From: Parcubacteria group bacterium | GTDB taxonomy: Bacteria > Patescibacteriota > Minisyncoccia > Phycocordibacterales > UBA2135 | DNA length: 64,000 nt | Assembly: GCA_016204045.1 (NCBI GenBank) | Contig: JACQLQ010000004.1 | Coordinates: 100,927 to 164,926 of the forward strand | Direction: 5' to 3' | In this document: in pieces, positions 37,524 to 45,152 of the stretch | How positions within the stretch are numbered: position 1 is the first letter of the stretch | Layout of the letters: each line of letters begins with the position of its first letter | Made by a program: the position numbers and the translations under genes | Notes under the pieces: generated by a model | Told to the model about the DNA's origin: nothing | Seen by the model: only the letters and a program-made list of their open reading frames with translations | Database searches by the model: none

Positions 37524-37982
37524 CTAGGTGCCCCCCTGAAGTCGTGACCGGATCCGCGTGAGCCGCTCGCAGAACTCGCGTTCGGTAAGGACCGTGTCGC
37601 TCGGATTTTGAGTCCCGATTGAGTGGGTCAGTACCGCATCGCCTGTCGCGAGCAGCGCCTCACGGAAAGATTGATTCTCGGCGAGAGCGTCAAACGCCCT
37701 GTCGAGTAGCTCCTGGTATTGCTTGCCGTGACGGTCGTACGCCACGCCATTCCACCAGAGCTTTTGAACTCGCTTCCACGCTCCGCTCTGTTCCTGGCCG
37801 CGGCGCTTGGCGCTGAAGCCAATGAGCTTGCACACTTCGACTTGGATGCGGGGGTCGTCGTACTTGAACGCCTGCAACAACCCCTCCATCGAAGAACACT
37901 TCACCCCGTCAAACACAAACGAACGAGGTGCGAAGTTGGTCACTTCCGAAGCGGGGTATGCCGACCTCGAACCGATGTCCAC
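37524..37982 (-). CDS. NADAR-family protein, phage T4 gp30.3-like
   Basis: YPAS..TNFA..FVFDG..SMEGLLQ..K, LWWNG..Y.R..YQELL..AF..N..FR.AL.ATG..LTHSIG..TVLTE.EF follows the gp30.3 pattern; AGGAGG SD. Confidence 0.8.
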   Translation of the reverse strand: MDIGSRSAYPASEVTNFAPRSFVFDGVKCSSMEGLLQAFKYDDPRIQVEVCKLIGFSAKRRGQEQSGAWKRVQKLWWNGVAYDRHGKQYQELLDRAFDALAENQSFREALLATGDAVLTHSIGTQNPSDTVLTEREFCERLTRIRSRLQGGT

Positions 37983-38159
37983 GATGCACCTCCTGTGTCA
38001 GGTGGAAAGTAAATAGTATCATATAAAACAGCTTCTGTCAAACCAACAAATTCTTGCGAAACGTTTTGTTTGGTAAAGAACGGTGCCTGTCCCCGTTTCC
38101 GTTTTGAATTGACTTATTGTCCCCAGGTTTGCTAGGATATCGGTTCTATACGTTTTACA

Positions 38160-38715
38160 ATATAAGGAAAGCAAAACACCCCTTTCGGGATGTTTGCTCG
38201 TAAGATTTCCTTACGTTTACGGAAAACCGTTCTTGCTTTGCAGGGGCGGTTTTCGTTTTCCCTGCGACAAGATTACTTGTCCCTTTTTGCATCGCCGTAC
38301 CCGGGAAGAGGCAAGTGTTCAACAGTTGAGGATTTCTTTTCTCGAGCTTTCTCGAGTTCCTCAAACTGACCTTCCTTGTTCCGTCCGGCGAGCCTTGATT
38401 GTCTTTCAGACATCTTGGCATGGTTTTGTCAGTCCATAAACTGCCAGCTCTACAGGGGTCTAAGCTGGTTATGTGCTAAGCGTCCCCTGTCGAGGGAACG
38501 ACCATTTCTCAGAGGAGAAACTTGGCAAACAAAAAGCTCTATTGGCCGAGGTTTGTGGGTTACATCAGTTCCCCGATGTTCCCCTGCGTTAGCAGGGTTT
38601 TCACCCCGCAAACACCCGCCACTAGAGCTTTTGACTTTTGTTCGAGTATTTGTTTTGCTAAACCATCGGCCGCCTTTCTTTTAAACCCCATAACCTCGAA
38701 AGACAGAAGGTTACC
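38160..38715. ncRNA. Candidate large structured non-coding RNA (~550 nt), class unknown, strand uncertain (minus slightly favoured)
   Basis: No credible ORF. At least ten helices readable by eye, including nested multi-branch domains; promoter-like elements at both ends. Confidence 0.6.
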
Positions 38716-38758
38716 TCCTAAGTATACGCCTACTGGATAAAGTCAACAAATCCAATTC

Positions 38759-38767
38759 TGTGGATAA
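38759..38767. promoter_or_regulatory. DnaA-box consensus
   Basis: TGTGGATAA exact match; single copy, function unproven. Confidence 0.35.
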
Positions 38768-38831
38768 CCAGAATAATGATGGAGACGGGGGTGTAAAAAT
38801 GGAAAATGGCCAAGGACCGTGGTACCAGCAC

Positions 38832-39032
38832 TTAGATACCGTACAGGTGTGCCTTTGTGACTGTTGAGGGACTGACCGAAGAAGGGACGTGTTTTGTTCG
38901 GGAAACCTCCTTCACGAAAGAGCGCGTCTCACTGATTGCCTCACGTATAAAACCCGAGGTCGCAGAGTTCTGAGCCATCTCATCAAAGTCCTGAAAGGGC
39001 TTATTTTTTTGTTTTTTTGGCTTGATTTTCAT
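38832..39032 (-). CDS. Small hypothetical protein overlapping the end of the SDH gene
   Basis: 66-aa ORF directly downstream of the protease; no motif. Confidence 0.3.
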   Translation of the reverse strand: MKIKPKKQKNKPFQDFDEMAQNSATSGFIREAISETRSFVKEVSRTKHVPSSVSPSTVTKAHLYGI

Positions 39033-39966
39033 TGTTTTTCTTTGCTTTTACTTTACCTTGAGCTGACGGGGTTGGCGTGAACTCAAGGAGCTTTATTTCT
39101 TGTTCGTCTGTATGGTTTCGTATTTGGAGCGAAAGACCGAGTGCTTCCATGATAACTTCGAGATCACCTTTCGCGTTTTCCACAGCAAACCCAAGTTCCG
39201 CAAGCTCTTCCGTATCTATTATGAACTCGTGGGACGGGTAATCATACACCATACGGTGTATAACTGGCTTTGCCTTTTCTGCACTCCAACCCATATAGCG
39301 TAGCAAAATGCGAACGCCGTATTGTTCACCAATATCAAGGGCGCGGGCATATTCCGTGATGCTCTTTGGATGTATTTGATTGTAAAGACAACCGCTCGTG
39401 TTTCCAGAAAACTCAATGGCAAGTTTTATGACATCTTGCAGTCGCATCCTGTTTCTTGTGCGATGAAGGATGAGTTTGGTTGCTATGTCCAAATTTTCTA
39501 CCGCGTGATTCTGTATTTGCTCGAGGGATTTATAACCATTCAACGCCGATTTGAATGTGTCCACATCTCCTTCCTGTTGCTCTGGTATCTGTACGTCAAG
39601 GGGCCCGAGTTCTGAAGTCGTCGCCATAACGAGCGTCTCCCCCGCAAGAGAGATGAGGGTGCCCGCACTCTTTGCATAGGTAGGAACCACAATGTTTACG
39701 CGCTTAGTGTGTTTCCGCAGCAACTTCACTATCTTATAGGCGGACTCAATATGGCCGCCCGGAGTTTCCAAAATAACATCGAGCTCATCAAAATTTTTGC
39801 CGCGCAGCTTGTTTTGGGTCAATATGACCGACGCTGGTGTGACCGTGCCCATACGCAAGAGAAGAGCTGGCTTTTTTCGCTCAGCCACAAATGCTTTCAA
39901 CTGCTTTGCGAACTTATCTTCCTTCGGCGCTGAAGCGGCTACTTCGTTCATATCGTTGCTGATCAT
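39001..39966 (-). CDS. SDH-family (ClpP/crotonase-fold) serine protease
   Basis: LDVILETPGG, VVPTYAKSAGTLISL, SELGPLDVQ and YPSHEF; start reassigned to MISND. Confidence 0.88.
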   Translation of the reverse strand: MISNDMNEVAASAPKEDKFAKQLKAFVAERKKPALLLRMGTVTPASVILTQNKLRGKNFDELDVILETPGGHIESAYKIVKLLRKHTKRVNIVVPTYAKSAGTLISLAGETLVMATTSELGPLDVQIPEQQEGDVDTFKSALNGYKSLEQIQNHAVENLDIATKLILHRTRNRMRLQDVIKLAIEFSGNTSGCLYNQIHPKSITEYARALDIGEQYGVRILLRYMGWSAEKAKPVIHRMVYDYPSHEFIIDTEELAELGFAVENAKGDLEVIMEALGLSLQIRNHTDEQEIKLLEFTPTPSAQGKVKAKKNNENQAKKTKK

Positions 39967-40123
39967 GATAACAGAATGTAACCTATAGTAAAGAATGGAA
40001 ATGGTGGAAATGGGGACCTTGTGGGAATGGAGGGAATAGGGACAGTCACAATTGTTTTTTTTGGAAACTCCCCAGAGTAAAGCGCGTCGTCCAACAACTG
40101 ATTGAAATGGTTTTAGAAGGAGG

Positions 40124-40399
40124 CTATTTAGCGGGTTGGTTGGTCTTCGCTTTTCCGGCCATGCGTTCGTGCTCTGCGGTAATGAGCTTTCTTGATTCGT
40201 CGCCGTCGCCATGGACACGGCGAGTCTGCGCCTTGAAGGTGCGCATGTGTCTCCGGGTGGAGTTCGAGAGCCGCTTTGGCATCCCGTTAGAAACAGTGGC
40301 TACCGCCTGCTTGCCCGCCGTAGCTTTAGCGGAGGCGGGTGATGACGTTTCTTTAGTCTTTTTAGTTTTAGTTGATACTTTGGGCATAAGTAGCTCCAT
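40124..40399 (-). CDS. Small basic hypothetical protein carrying an in-frame palindromic repeat
   Basis: K/R-rich ORF with GGGG SD; PASAKATAG is encoded by the repeat. Confidence 0.5.
   Translation of the reverse strand: MELLMPKVSTKTKKTKETSSPASAKATAGKQAVATVSNGMPKRLSNSTRRHMRTFKAQTRRVHGDGDESRKLITAEHERMAGKAKTNQPAK
40314..40339. repeat. CPR-type short palindromic repeat inside an ORF
   Basis: CCCGCC-GTA-GCT-tt-AGC-GGA-GGCGGG. Confidence 0.7.
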
Positions 40400-40482
40400 T
40401 TCCCCTGTTCAGACTCAACGCAATGCTCGAGTCTCTAAGGGGATAAGTGATTGCCCAGTCTAGCACATGAGGGAATAAACAC

Positions 40483-40514
40483 AAAACACCCGCCGTGAGG
40501 CGGGTGTTTTGTTT
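40483..40514. terminator. Intrinsic terminator after the cold-shock gene
   Basis: AAAACACCCGCC-gtga-GGCGGGTGTTTT. Confidence 0.8.
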
Positions 40515-40518
40515 CAGG

Positions 40519-40719
40519 TTAGACGCGCTTTACGTTCACCGCGTTTGGACCCTTAGGTCCTGTGGTGATCTCGAAAGTGACTTTGTCACCTTCGTTGAGC
40601 TCGTCAAATGTGGTGCCCTGAAGTTCATTAGCGTGGAAAAAGAGTTCCTTTTCCTGGCCTGGGACGGAGATAAATCCGTAACCGCGGTCCATTTTTTTCG
40701 CGACTGTTCCTTCTTGCAT
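40519..40719 (-). CDS. cspA: Cold-shock protein
   Basis: RGYGFI, LFFHANEL and L.EGDKVTFE..GPKGPNAVNV. Confidence 0.95.
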   Translation of the reverse strand: MQEGTVAKKMDRGYGFISVPGQEKELFFHANELQGTTFDELNEGDKVTFEITTGPKGPNAVNVKRV

Positions 40720-40860
40720 ATCGTTGATTTATTTGAGTTCTCTGTAAGAGAAACTTTTCTACTAATTCAAACCGCTCTGTAACGACAAAACCCGACCTTC
40801 GTTTCTCTTACAGACACGATTTGATCCTCCTACCCTAGCATACTTCCGCAAACTTTGCAA

Positions 40861-40932
40861 GCCCCCACACCTTTCCTCGCAATATTGTCCCCGACAACGC
40901 GCTTTGCGCCTTGCGGGGAAAGGTGTGGGGGC
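40861..40932. repeat. Three-way palindromic element
   Basis: 22-bp arms GCCCCCACACCTTTCCTCGCAA / TTGCGGGGAAAGGTGTGGGGGC enclosing TTGTC-ccc-GACAA and GCGC-ttt-GCGC. Confidence 0.75.
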
Positions 40933-41037
40933 AAGCCCTCTTTTTCGTTGCTTTTGTGCCTTTTTCTGGTATTCTCTAGATACATTCCCCGGTACCTGTC
41001 CGCAGGCAGAGCGCAGTGTACAATGGTGTATGTTTAT

Positions 41038-41109
41038 TCCCCGGTAGCGCAGCGGTAGCGCAGCGCGCTGTTAACGCGTTGGTCGTAGGTTCGAATCCTA
41101 CCCGGGGAG
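41038..41109 (+). tRNA. tRNA-Asn (GTT), CCA not encoded
   Basis: Acceptor TCCCCGG/CCGGGGA, anticodon arm CGCG-CTGTTAA-CGCG, T arm GTAGG-TTCGAAT-CCTAC. Confidence 0.96.
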
Positions 41110-41130
41110 TTTGAGTGAAACGAAGAACGA

Positions 41131-41254
41131 CCCGGGTAGGATTGGGAGAGGGTCGGAGAACGGGAGTTCTCCGTGGAGGAACGCAGCTCCTCTGCTGGGC
41201 AGAGGAGCGTTGAGAACCGTGGGTTCTCAAGGAGGAGTCCGCCAATCGGCGGAC
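41131..41254. repeat. tRNA-adjacent hairpin array beginning with an inverted copy of the tRNA 3' end
   Basis: CCCGGGTAGGATT is the reverse complement of 41094-41106; four hairpins at 41154-41173, 41186-41208, 41210-41230 and 41237-41254. Confidence 0.75.
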
Positions 41255-41286
41255 GACGACGTCTTACTCCGTGGAGCTTAGTTAAT

Positions 41287-41448
41287 ATGAACAAGATCAT
41301 CAAGGTAACTTCTTTCTTTCTGGCAATATTGTTCGGAGCATTTATGGTTGTATACGGCGGAATTGACGACAGCCCCGGCGGGCAGGTTCTCGGACTCCTA
41401 GTAGCTATCGTTGGCGTTGTGGGCGTGCTGAGGACCAAACTGACCTAA
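41287..41448 (+). CDS. Small two-TM membrane protein
   Basis: GGAG SD; YGGIDDSPGGQ.LG lies between two TMs. Confidence 0.65.
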   Translation: MNKIIKVTSFFLAILFGAFMVVYGGIDDSPGGQVLGLLVAIVGVVGVLRTKLT

Positions 41449-41573
41449 ACAAAGTGTCCACAAAAAACACTCCGACAATCTTGAGATTGTTGGAGTGTTT
41501 TTTGTTGGGGTCGGGATTGACCTCGACGGGGCCATCTGTTTAAATGGCGGGAGATAGGTAGGGCTAGAAGTAG

Positions 41574-42083
41574 ATGATCCTCCAGTGTGGTTTCGCCGCC
41601 CAGTTCTATGTCGCTCCCGAAGCGGGTGCTCCGATGGAACGTCGACCGTCGATACGGGTTATGAAAGGCAGAGGCATCGTCGATGACCGGTATAGTAGTG
41701 GTGCGGGATTCTTTACCGACGCGAAACGCACGGTAATCAAACACGTGACCTTTATCGAGATGGAGGCAATCGAGGGTGCCCGGACTGACCGCAAGCGCCC
41801 ACTCCCCAACCTCCTCCCCGAATACACGCGCCGAAACATCGTGACCTGCGGCGTCGCCCTGAACCACATGATCGATAGGGAATTCATGACTTCGCGAGGA
41901 GTTTTCTTCAGGGGGATCGAACTTGCCGAACCGTGCGAACGCCCGGCAAAGCTCGCCCACGAACAGTACGGCCGTGACATTATCGGCTTCAAAGAGACCA
42001 TGCGCCATCGCGGCGGGATCCGCGCCGAAGTGTTGACCGATGGCATCATCGAAGAAGGAGACACGATCATCTTCATGGCATAA
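41574..42083 (+). CDS. MOSC-domain protein
   Basis: GRGIVDDRY, TRRNIVT.G, AEPC.RP and RGGIRAEVL.DG.I..GD.I. Confidence 0.85.
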   Translation: MILQCGFAAQFYVAPEAGAPMERRPSIRVMKGRGIVDDRYSSGAGFFTDAKRTVIKHVTFIEMEAIEGARTDRKRPLPNLLPEYTRRNIVTCGVALNHMIDREFMTSRGVFFRGIELAEPCERPAKLAHEQYGRDIIGFKETMRHRGGIRAEVLTDGIIEEGDTIIFMA

Positions 42084-42188
42084 AGCCGACACACCCCGCC
42101 AACTCGCGGGTTTTTTAATGCAATTAAAAAACCCGCGTCTGCAGTCCACCGAATGGTGAACACTGACGCGGGACTTTAGAAAAATGAG

Positions 42189-42488
42189 CTAAGCTGCGAC
42201 ACCCTGTGCTTGCGAACGTGCAGCACTCGGGAAAAGCGGACAATGGTTGCAATGAAGATGGCCTTCGTACCCGTTGGGGTAATTGATGCTCGGCTTCTTG
42301 CACGTCGGACACTTGAAGAAATAGAACGGGAGAAACCCAGTCCAACCCTCGTACTTGCGCTCGCCCACGGAGATGCAGCGACCCAAGTGGTACCACACCT
42401 TCTTCCACCACGGAAGCGTGCGGAGCATGATCTTTGCTTCGCGCGCAAGCTCGTGCCGATCCAACGGGAACTCGCAGGTCACTCGCAT
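42189..42488 (-). CDS. Small Zn-finger hypothetical protein
   Basis: GWTG.LPFY.FKC..C..YPNGY..L.C..C. Confidence 0.6.
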   Translation of the reverse strand: MRVTCEFPLDRHELAREAKIMLRTLPWWKKVWYHLGRCISVGERKYEGWTGFLPFYFFKCPTCKKPSINYPNGYEGHLHCNHCPLFPSAARSQAQGVAA

Positions 42489-42578
42489 TTACGAACCATC
42501 CTATGCTGTCGTTTCTAAAAAAGACCATACCACATCCATAGACAGAGCGCAAGAGAGACACTGACCACTAAGAGCCCC

Positions 42579-42625
42579 TGTGGACAAATAAGGAAAAGGT
42601 TCAACCTTTTCCTTATTTGTCCACA
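42579..42625. repeat. Perfect 23-bp inverted repeat
   Basis: TGTGGACAAATAAGGAAAAGGTT-c-AACCTTTTCCTTATTTGTCCACA. Confidence 0.85.
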
Positions 42626-42662
42626 AAAGCAAAAAACAAAAAAACAAAGGAGTCGGGGGCGC

Positions 42663-43373
42663 TTACCACTCTATCGGTGCTTGTCCCTGCTTCTCTAAAT
42701 ACTCATTTGCCTGACTAAAGTGTTTTGATCCGAAAAAGCCGTTAGATGCGGAGTAGGGTGAAGGATGCGCCGCAACTAAGACAAGATGTTTTTCAAAATC
42801 GATGATGCTCCCCTTTTCCTCTGCATACCGCCCCCAAAGCATGAAGACCAAGTGTTCGCGCTTTTCTGAAAGTGCTTTGATGACCGCATCGGTGAATTGC
42901 TCCCACCCCTTACGCTGGTGCGACCCCGGCGAAGAGGCGCGCACGGTGAGCGTTGCGTTTAAGAGGAGCACGCCCTGCTCGGCCCAATAGGTTAAGTCCC
43001 CGCTTTGGTCTTTCGCTGGTCTCCCCAAGTCGCTTTCAATCTCTTTAAAAATGTTTTTGAGCGAAGGCGGAGGAGTGACACCCTTACCCACAGCAAAACA
43101 CAATCCATTCGCCTGCCCCTTACCATGGTAAGGATCCTGCCCCAAGATGACCACCTTCACCTTGTCGAAAGGTGTCAAATCAAGCGCACGAAAAATATGC
43201 TTCGCCGGTGGATAGATGGTCGCCTCCTGGTACTCGCCACGCACAAACTCTGTGAGCTCCTTAAAATATGGTTTCTCAAATTCATCTTTCAAAACACGCT
43301 TCCACGATGCCTCTATGCGGACATTGGAATCCCCTGGCTTATTCTCGTTAGAAAATGACGACTCCATAGACAT
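42663..43373 (-). CDS. ung: Uracil-DNA glycosylase family 1
   Basis: GQDPYHG, PPSLKNI, GVLLLN and HPSP; TAATG overlap with the upstream gene. Confidence 0.97.
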   Translation of the reverse strand: MSMESSFSNENKPGDSNVRIEASWKRVLKDEFEKPYFKELTEFVRGEYQEATIYPPAKHIFRALDLTPFDKVKVVILGQDPYHGKGQANGLCFAVGKGVTPPPSLKNIFKEIESDLGRPAKDQSGDLTYWAEQGVLLLNATLTVRASSPGSHQRKGWEQFTDAVIKALSEKREHLVFMLWGRYAEEKGSIIDFEKHLVLVAAHPSPYSASNGFFGSKHFSQANEYLEKQGQAPIEW

Positions 43374-44518
43374 TATGCCGCCTTCCGCAGTTCGGGTACG
43401 ACTTTGTTGAGAACACCGAGAACATAGTCGACCTCTTCCAGAGTATTGTATTTGGAAAAGCCGAAACGCATTGAGGAGCGCTTGATCTCCTCGGAAACGG
43501 GAAGTGCCTCGAGCACGTGGCTCTGAATTACCTTTCCCGCAGCGCATGCGGGACCAATCGAAGCATATATCACCTCTTTCTCGAGTGCTTCCAAAAGCGT
43601 CTTTGCTGGGATCCCGAGAAATGCGGCGTTCAGGGTAGTATAGAGCGCATCTTCGGGAGAGTTGATGCGGACGTTATTCATCGCGCGAAGCCCTGCTAGA
43701 AATTGTTCGCGGAGCGGACGCACATGCCGAACCGTCTCTTCGTGGGTTGCGTAGGCAAGCTCCACCGCCTTGCCCAAGCCAACGATACCGGGCACATTTT
43801 CCGTCCCCGAGCGTAGACTGAACTCCTGCCCGCCACCATTAATGAGCGTTTGCAATTTGATACCCTTGCGAATGAACAGAGCACCCACACCTTTCGGTCC
43901 GTGGAGCTTGTGCGCAGAGAACGCGTAGAGGTCAATGCCGGTCAAATCGACAGGCAGTTTCCCAAACGCTTGGACGCCATCGCAAAACATCACGATTTCC
44001 GGATCGCGCTTTTTCACTTCGGATGCAATCTCATTAACCGGGTAAATCGTACCCAGTTCATTATTAACATGCATGATGGCGACGAGCGCAGTGTTGTCTC
44101 GGAGCGCGTCACGGACAGCCGCAGGAGTAATGCGCCCGTACTCGTCTGGAGTGAGATATGTGGTTTCAAATCCTTCATCACCCAGAGCGCTTAGTGTCTC
44201 GAGTACTGCATCGTGTTCAACAAGACTCGTAACCACGTGGGTACGCCCGACTGCCTTCGCCCTACGCAAAGCGCCCTTAAGCGCGAAGTTAACGCTCTCG
44301 GTAGCACCCGACGTGAAGATGATGCCCCCTTCGTTGCCCAAATACCGCGCGAGAATATCGCGACTTTTCTCCACGGCTTCGCGTGCTTCTCGGCCCTTCA
44401 TGTGCATGCTTCCAGGGTTGCCAAATTTCTCGGACCAATACGGCTCCATTGCGACAAGCACCTCCGGAGCAAGCGGGGTCGTGGCATTATTGTCTAAATA
44501 TACTTCTTCTCTCTTCAT
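43373..44518 (-). CDS. iscS: Cysteine desulfurase (IscS/NifS family)
   Basis: YLDNNATT, FTSGATES, SAHKLHGPKG and RSGTENV; catalytic loop is SIGPAC instead of SSGSAC. Confidence 0.85.
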   Translation of the reverse strand: MKREEVYLDNNATTPLAPEVLVAMEPYWSEKFGNPGSMHMKGREAREAVEKSRDILARYLGNEGGIIFTSGATESVNFALKGALRRAKAVGRTHVVTSLVEHDAVLETLSALGDEGFETTYLTPDEYGRITPAAVRDALRDNTALVAIMHVNNELGTIYPVNEIASEVKKRDPEIVMFCDGVQAFGKLPVDLTGIDLYAFSAHKLHGPKGVGALFIRKGIKLQTLINGGGQEFSLRSGTENVPGIVGLGKAVELAYATHEETVRHVRPLREQFLAGLRAMNNVRINSPEDALYTTLNAAFLGIPAKTLLEALEKEVIYASIGPACAAGKVIQSHVLEALPVSEEIKRSSMRFGFSKYNTLEEVDYVLGVLNKVVPELRKAA

Positions 44519-44573
44519 GATTATATGTTACACTCCCCTCCAATCTGGTACAATAGAACCTACTTTTATTGAT

Positions 44574-45152
44574 ATGAGAAAGATTGTCCTCGATGTCGAA
44601 ACAAAAAATATGTTCTCGGATGTCGGCGGGAACGACCCGACCCTTTTGGATATGTCGCTCGTCTGCATCTACGACTCCCTCACCGATTCGTACTCCTCGT
44701 ATCTCGAGGCGGAGTTGCCAAATCTGTGGCCAATTCTCGAGCAGTCGGATGTTTTGATCGGTTTTAACTCCGACCATTTCGACATACCGCTCTTAAACAA
44801 GTACTACCTGGGCGACCTGACACAAAAGAAAAGTCTCGATCTCCTTGCAGAGGTCAAGAACGTACTTGGTCGCAGGATTAAGCTCGACACCATCGCAGAG
44901 GCGACACTCGGCGTTAAGAAGTCTGGCAATGGCCTTCAAGCCATCGCATGGTGGAGGAATGGTGAAATCGATAAAGTGCGACAATACTGCATCGACGACG
45001 TGCGCATCACCAAAGAAATCTACGAGTACGCGCTCGCAAACGGCCATCTCAAATACAAAGACTGGGACGGTGGGGTACTGCAAATACGACTCAACACCTC
45101 AAAATGGGAGGAGAAGAAAGCGGGAGCCGTGACACAATCACTCCCATTCTAA
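44574..45152 (+). CDS. RNase H-like / 3'-5' exonuclease domain protein (YprB-like)
   Basis: IVLDVET, GFNSDHFDIP and YCIDDVRIT. Confidence 0.85.
   Translation: MRKIVLDVETKNMFSDVGGNDPTLLDMSLVCIYDSLTDSYSSYLEAELPNLWPILEQSDVLIGFNSDHFDIPLLNKYYLGDLTQKKSLDLLAEVKNVLGRRIKLDTIAEATLGVKKSGNGLQAIAWWRNGEIDKVRQYCIDDVRITKEIYEYALANGHLKYKDWDGGVLQIRLNTSKWEEKKAGAVTQSLPF

Noticed and set aside
38160-38715. tmRNA, RNase P RNA, group I/II intron or c-di-GMP riboswitch
   Set aside because: No tRNA-like ends, no GAGGAAAGUCC, and no recognisable P7 or domain V. GCAAACATCCCGAAAGGGGTG resembles a c-di-GMP-I arm but lacks the following GACGCAAA.
38155-38740. Short ORFs of 72-102 aa over the structured region
   Set aside because: They overlap on both strands, with no clear SD and no motifs; base-pairing explains the sequence better.
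38759-38767. Replication origin
   Set aside because: A single DnaA box with no box cluster, unwinding element or dnaA/dnaN nearby.
8280-41109. Prophage or classical integron/ICE
   Set aside because: No integrase, terminase, capsid, relaxase or canonical attC seen, and no direct repeat of the tRNA-Asn 3' end found.
44073-44573. N-terminal extensions in the ORF track (44073 +, 7524 -, 25148 -, 40218 -, 43547 -)
   Set aside because: They overlap real neighbouring genes; starts were reassigned to 44574, 7092, 24854, 39966 and 43373.
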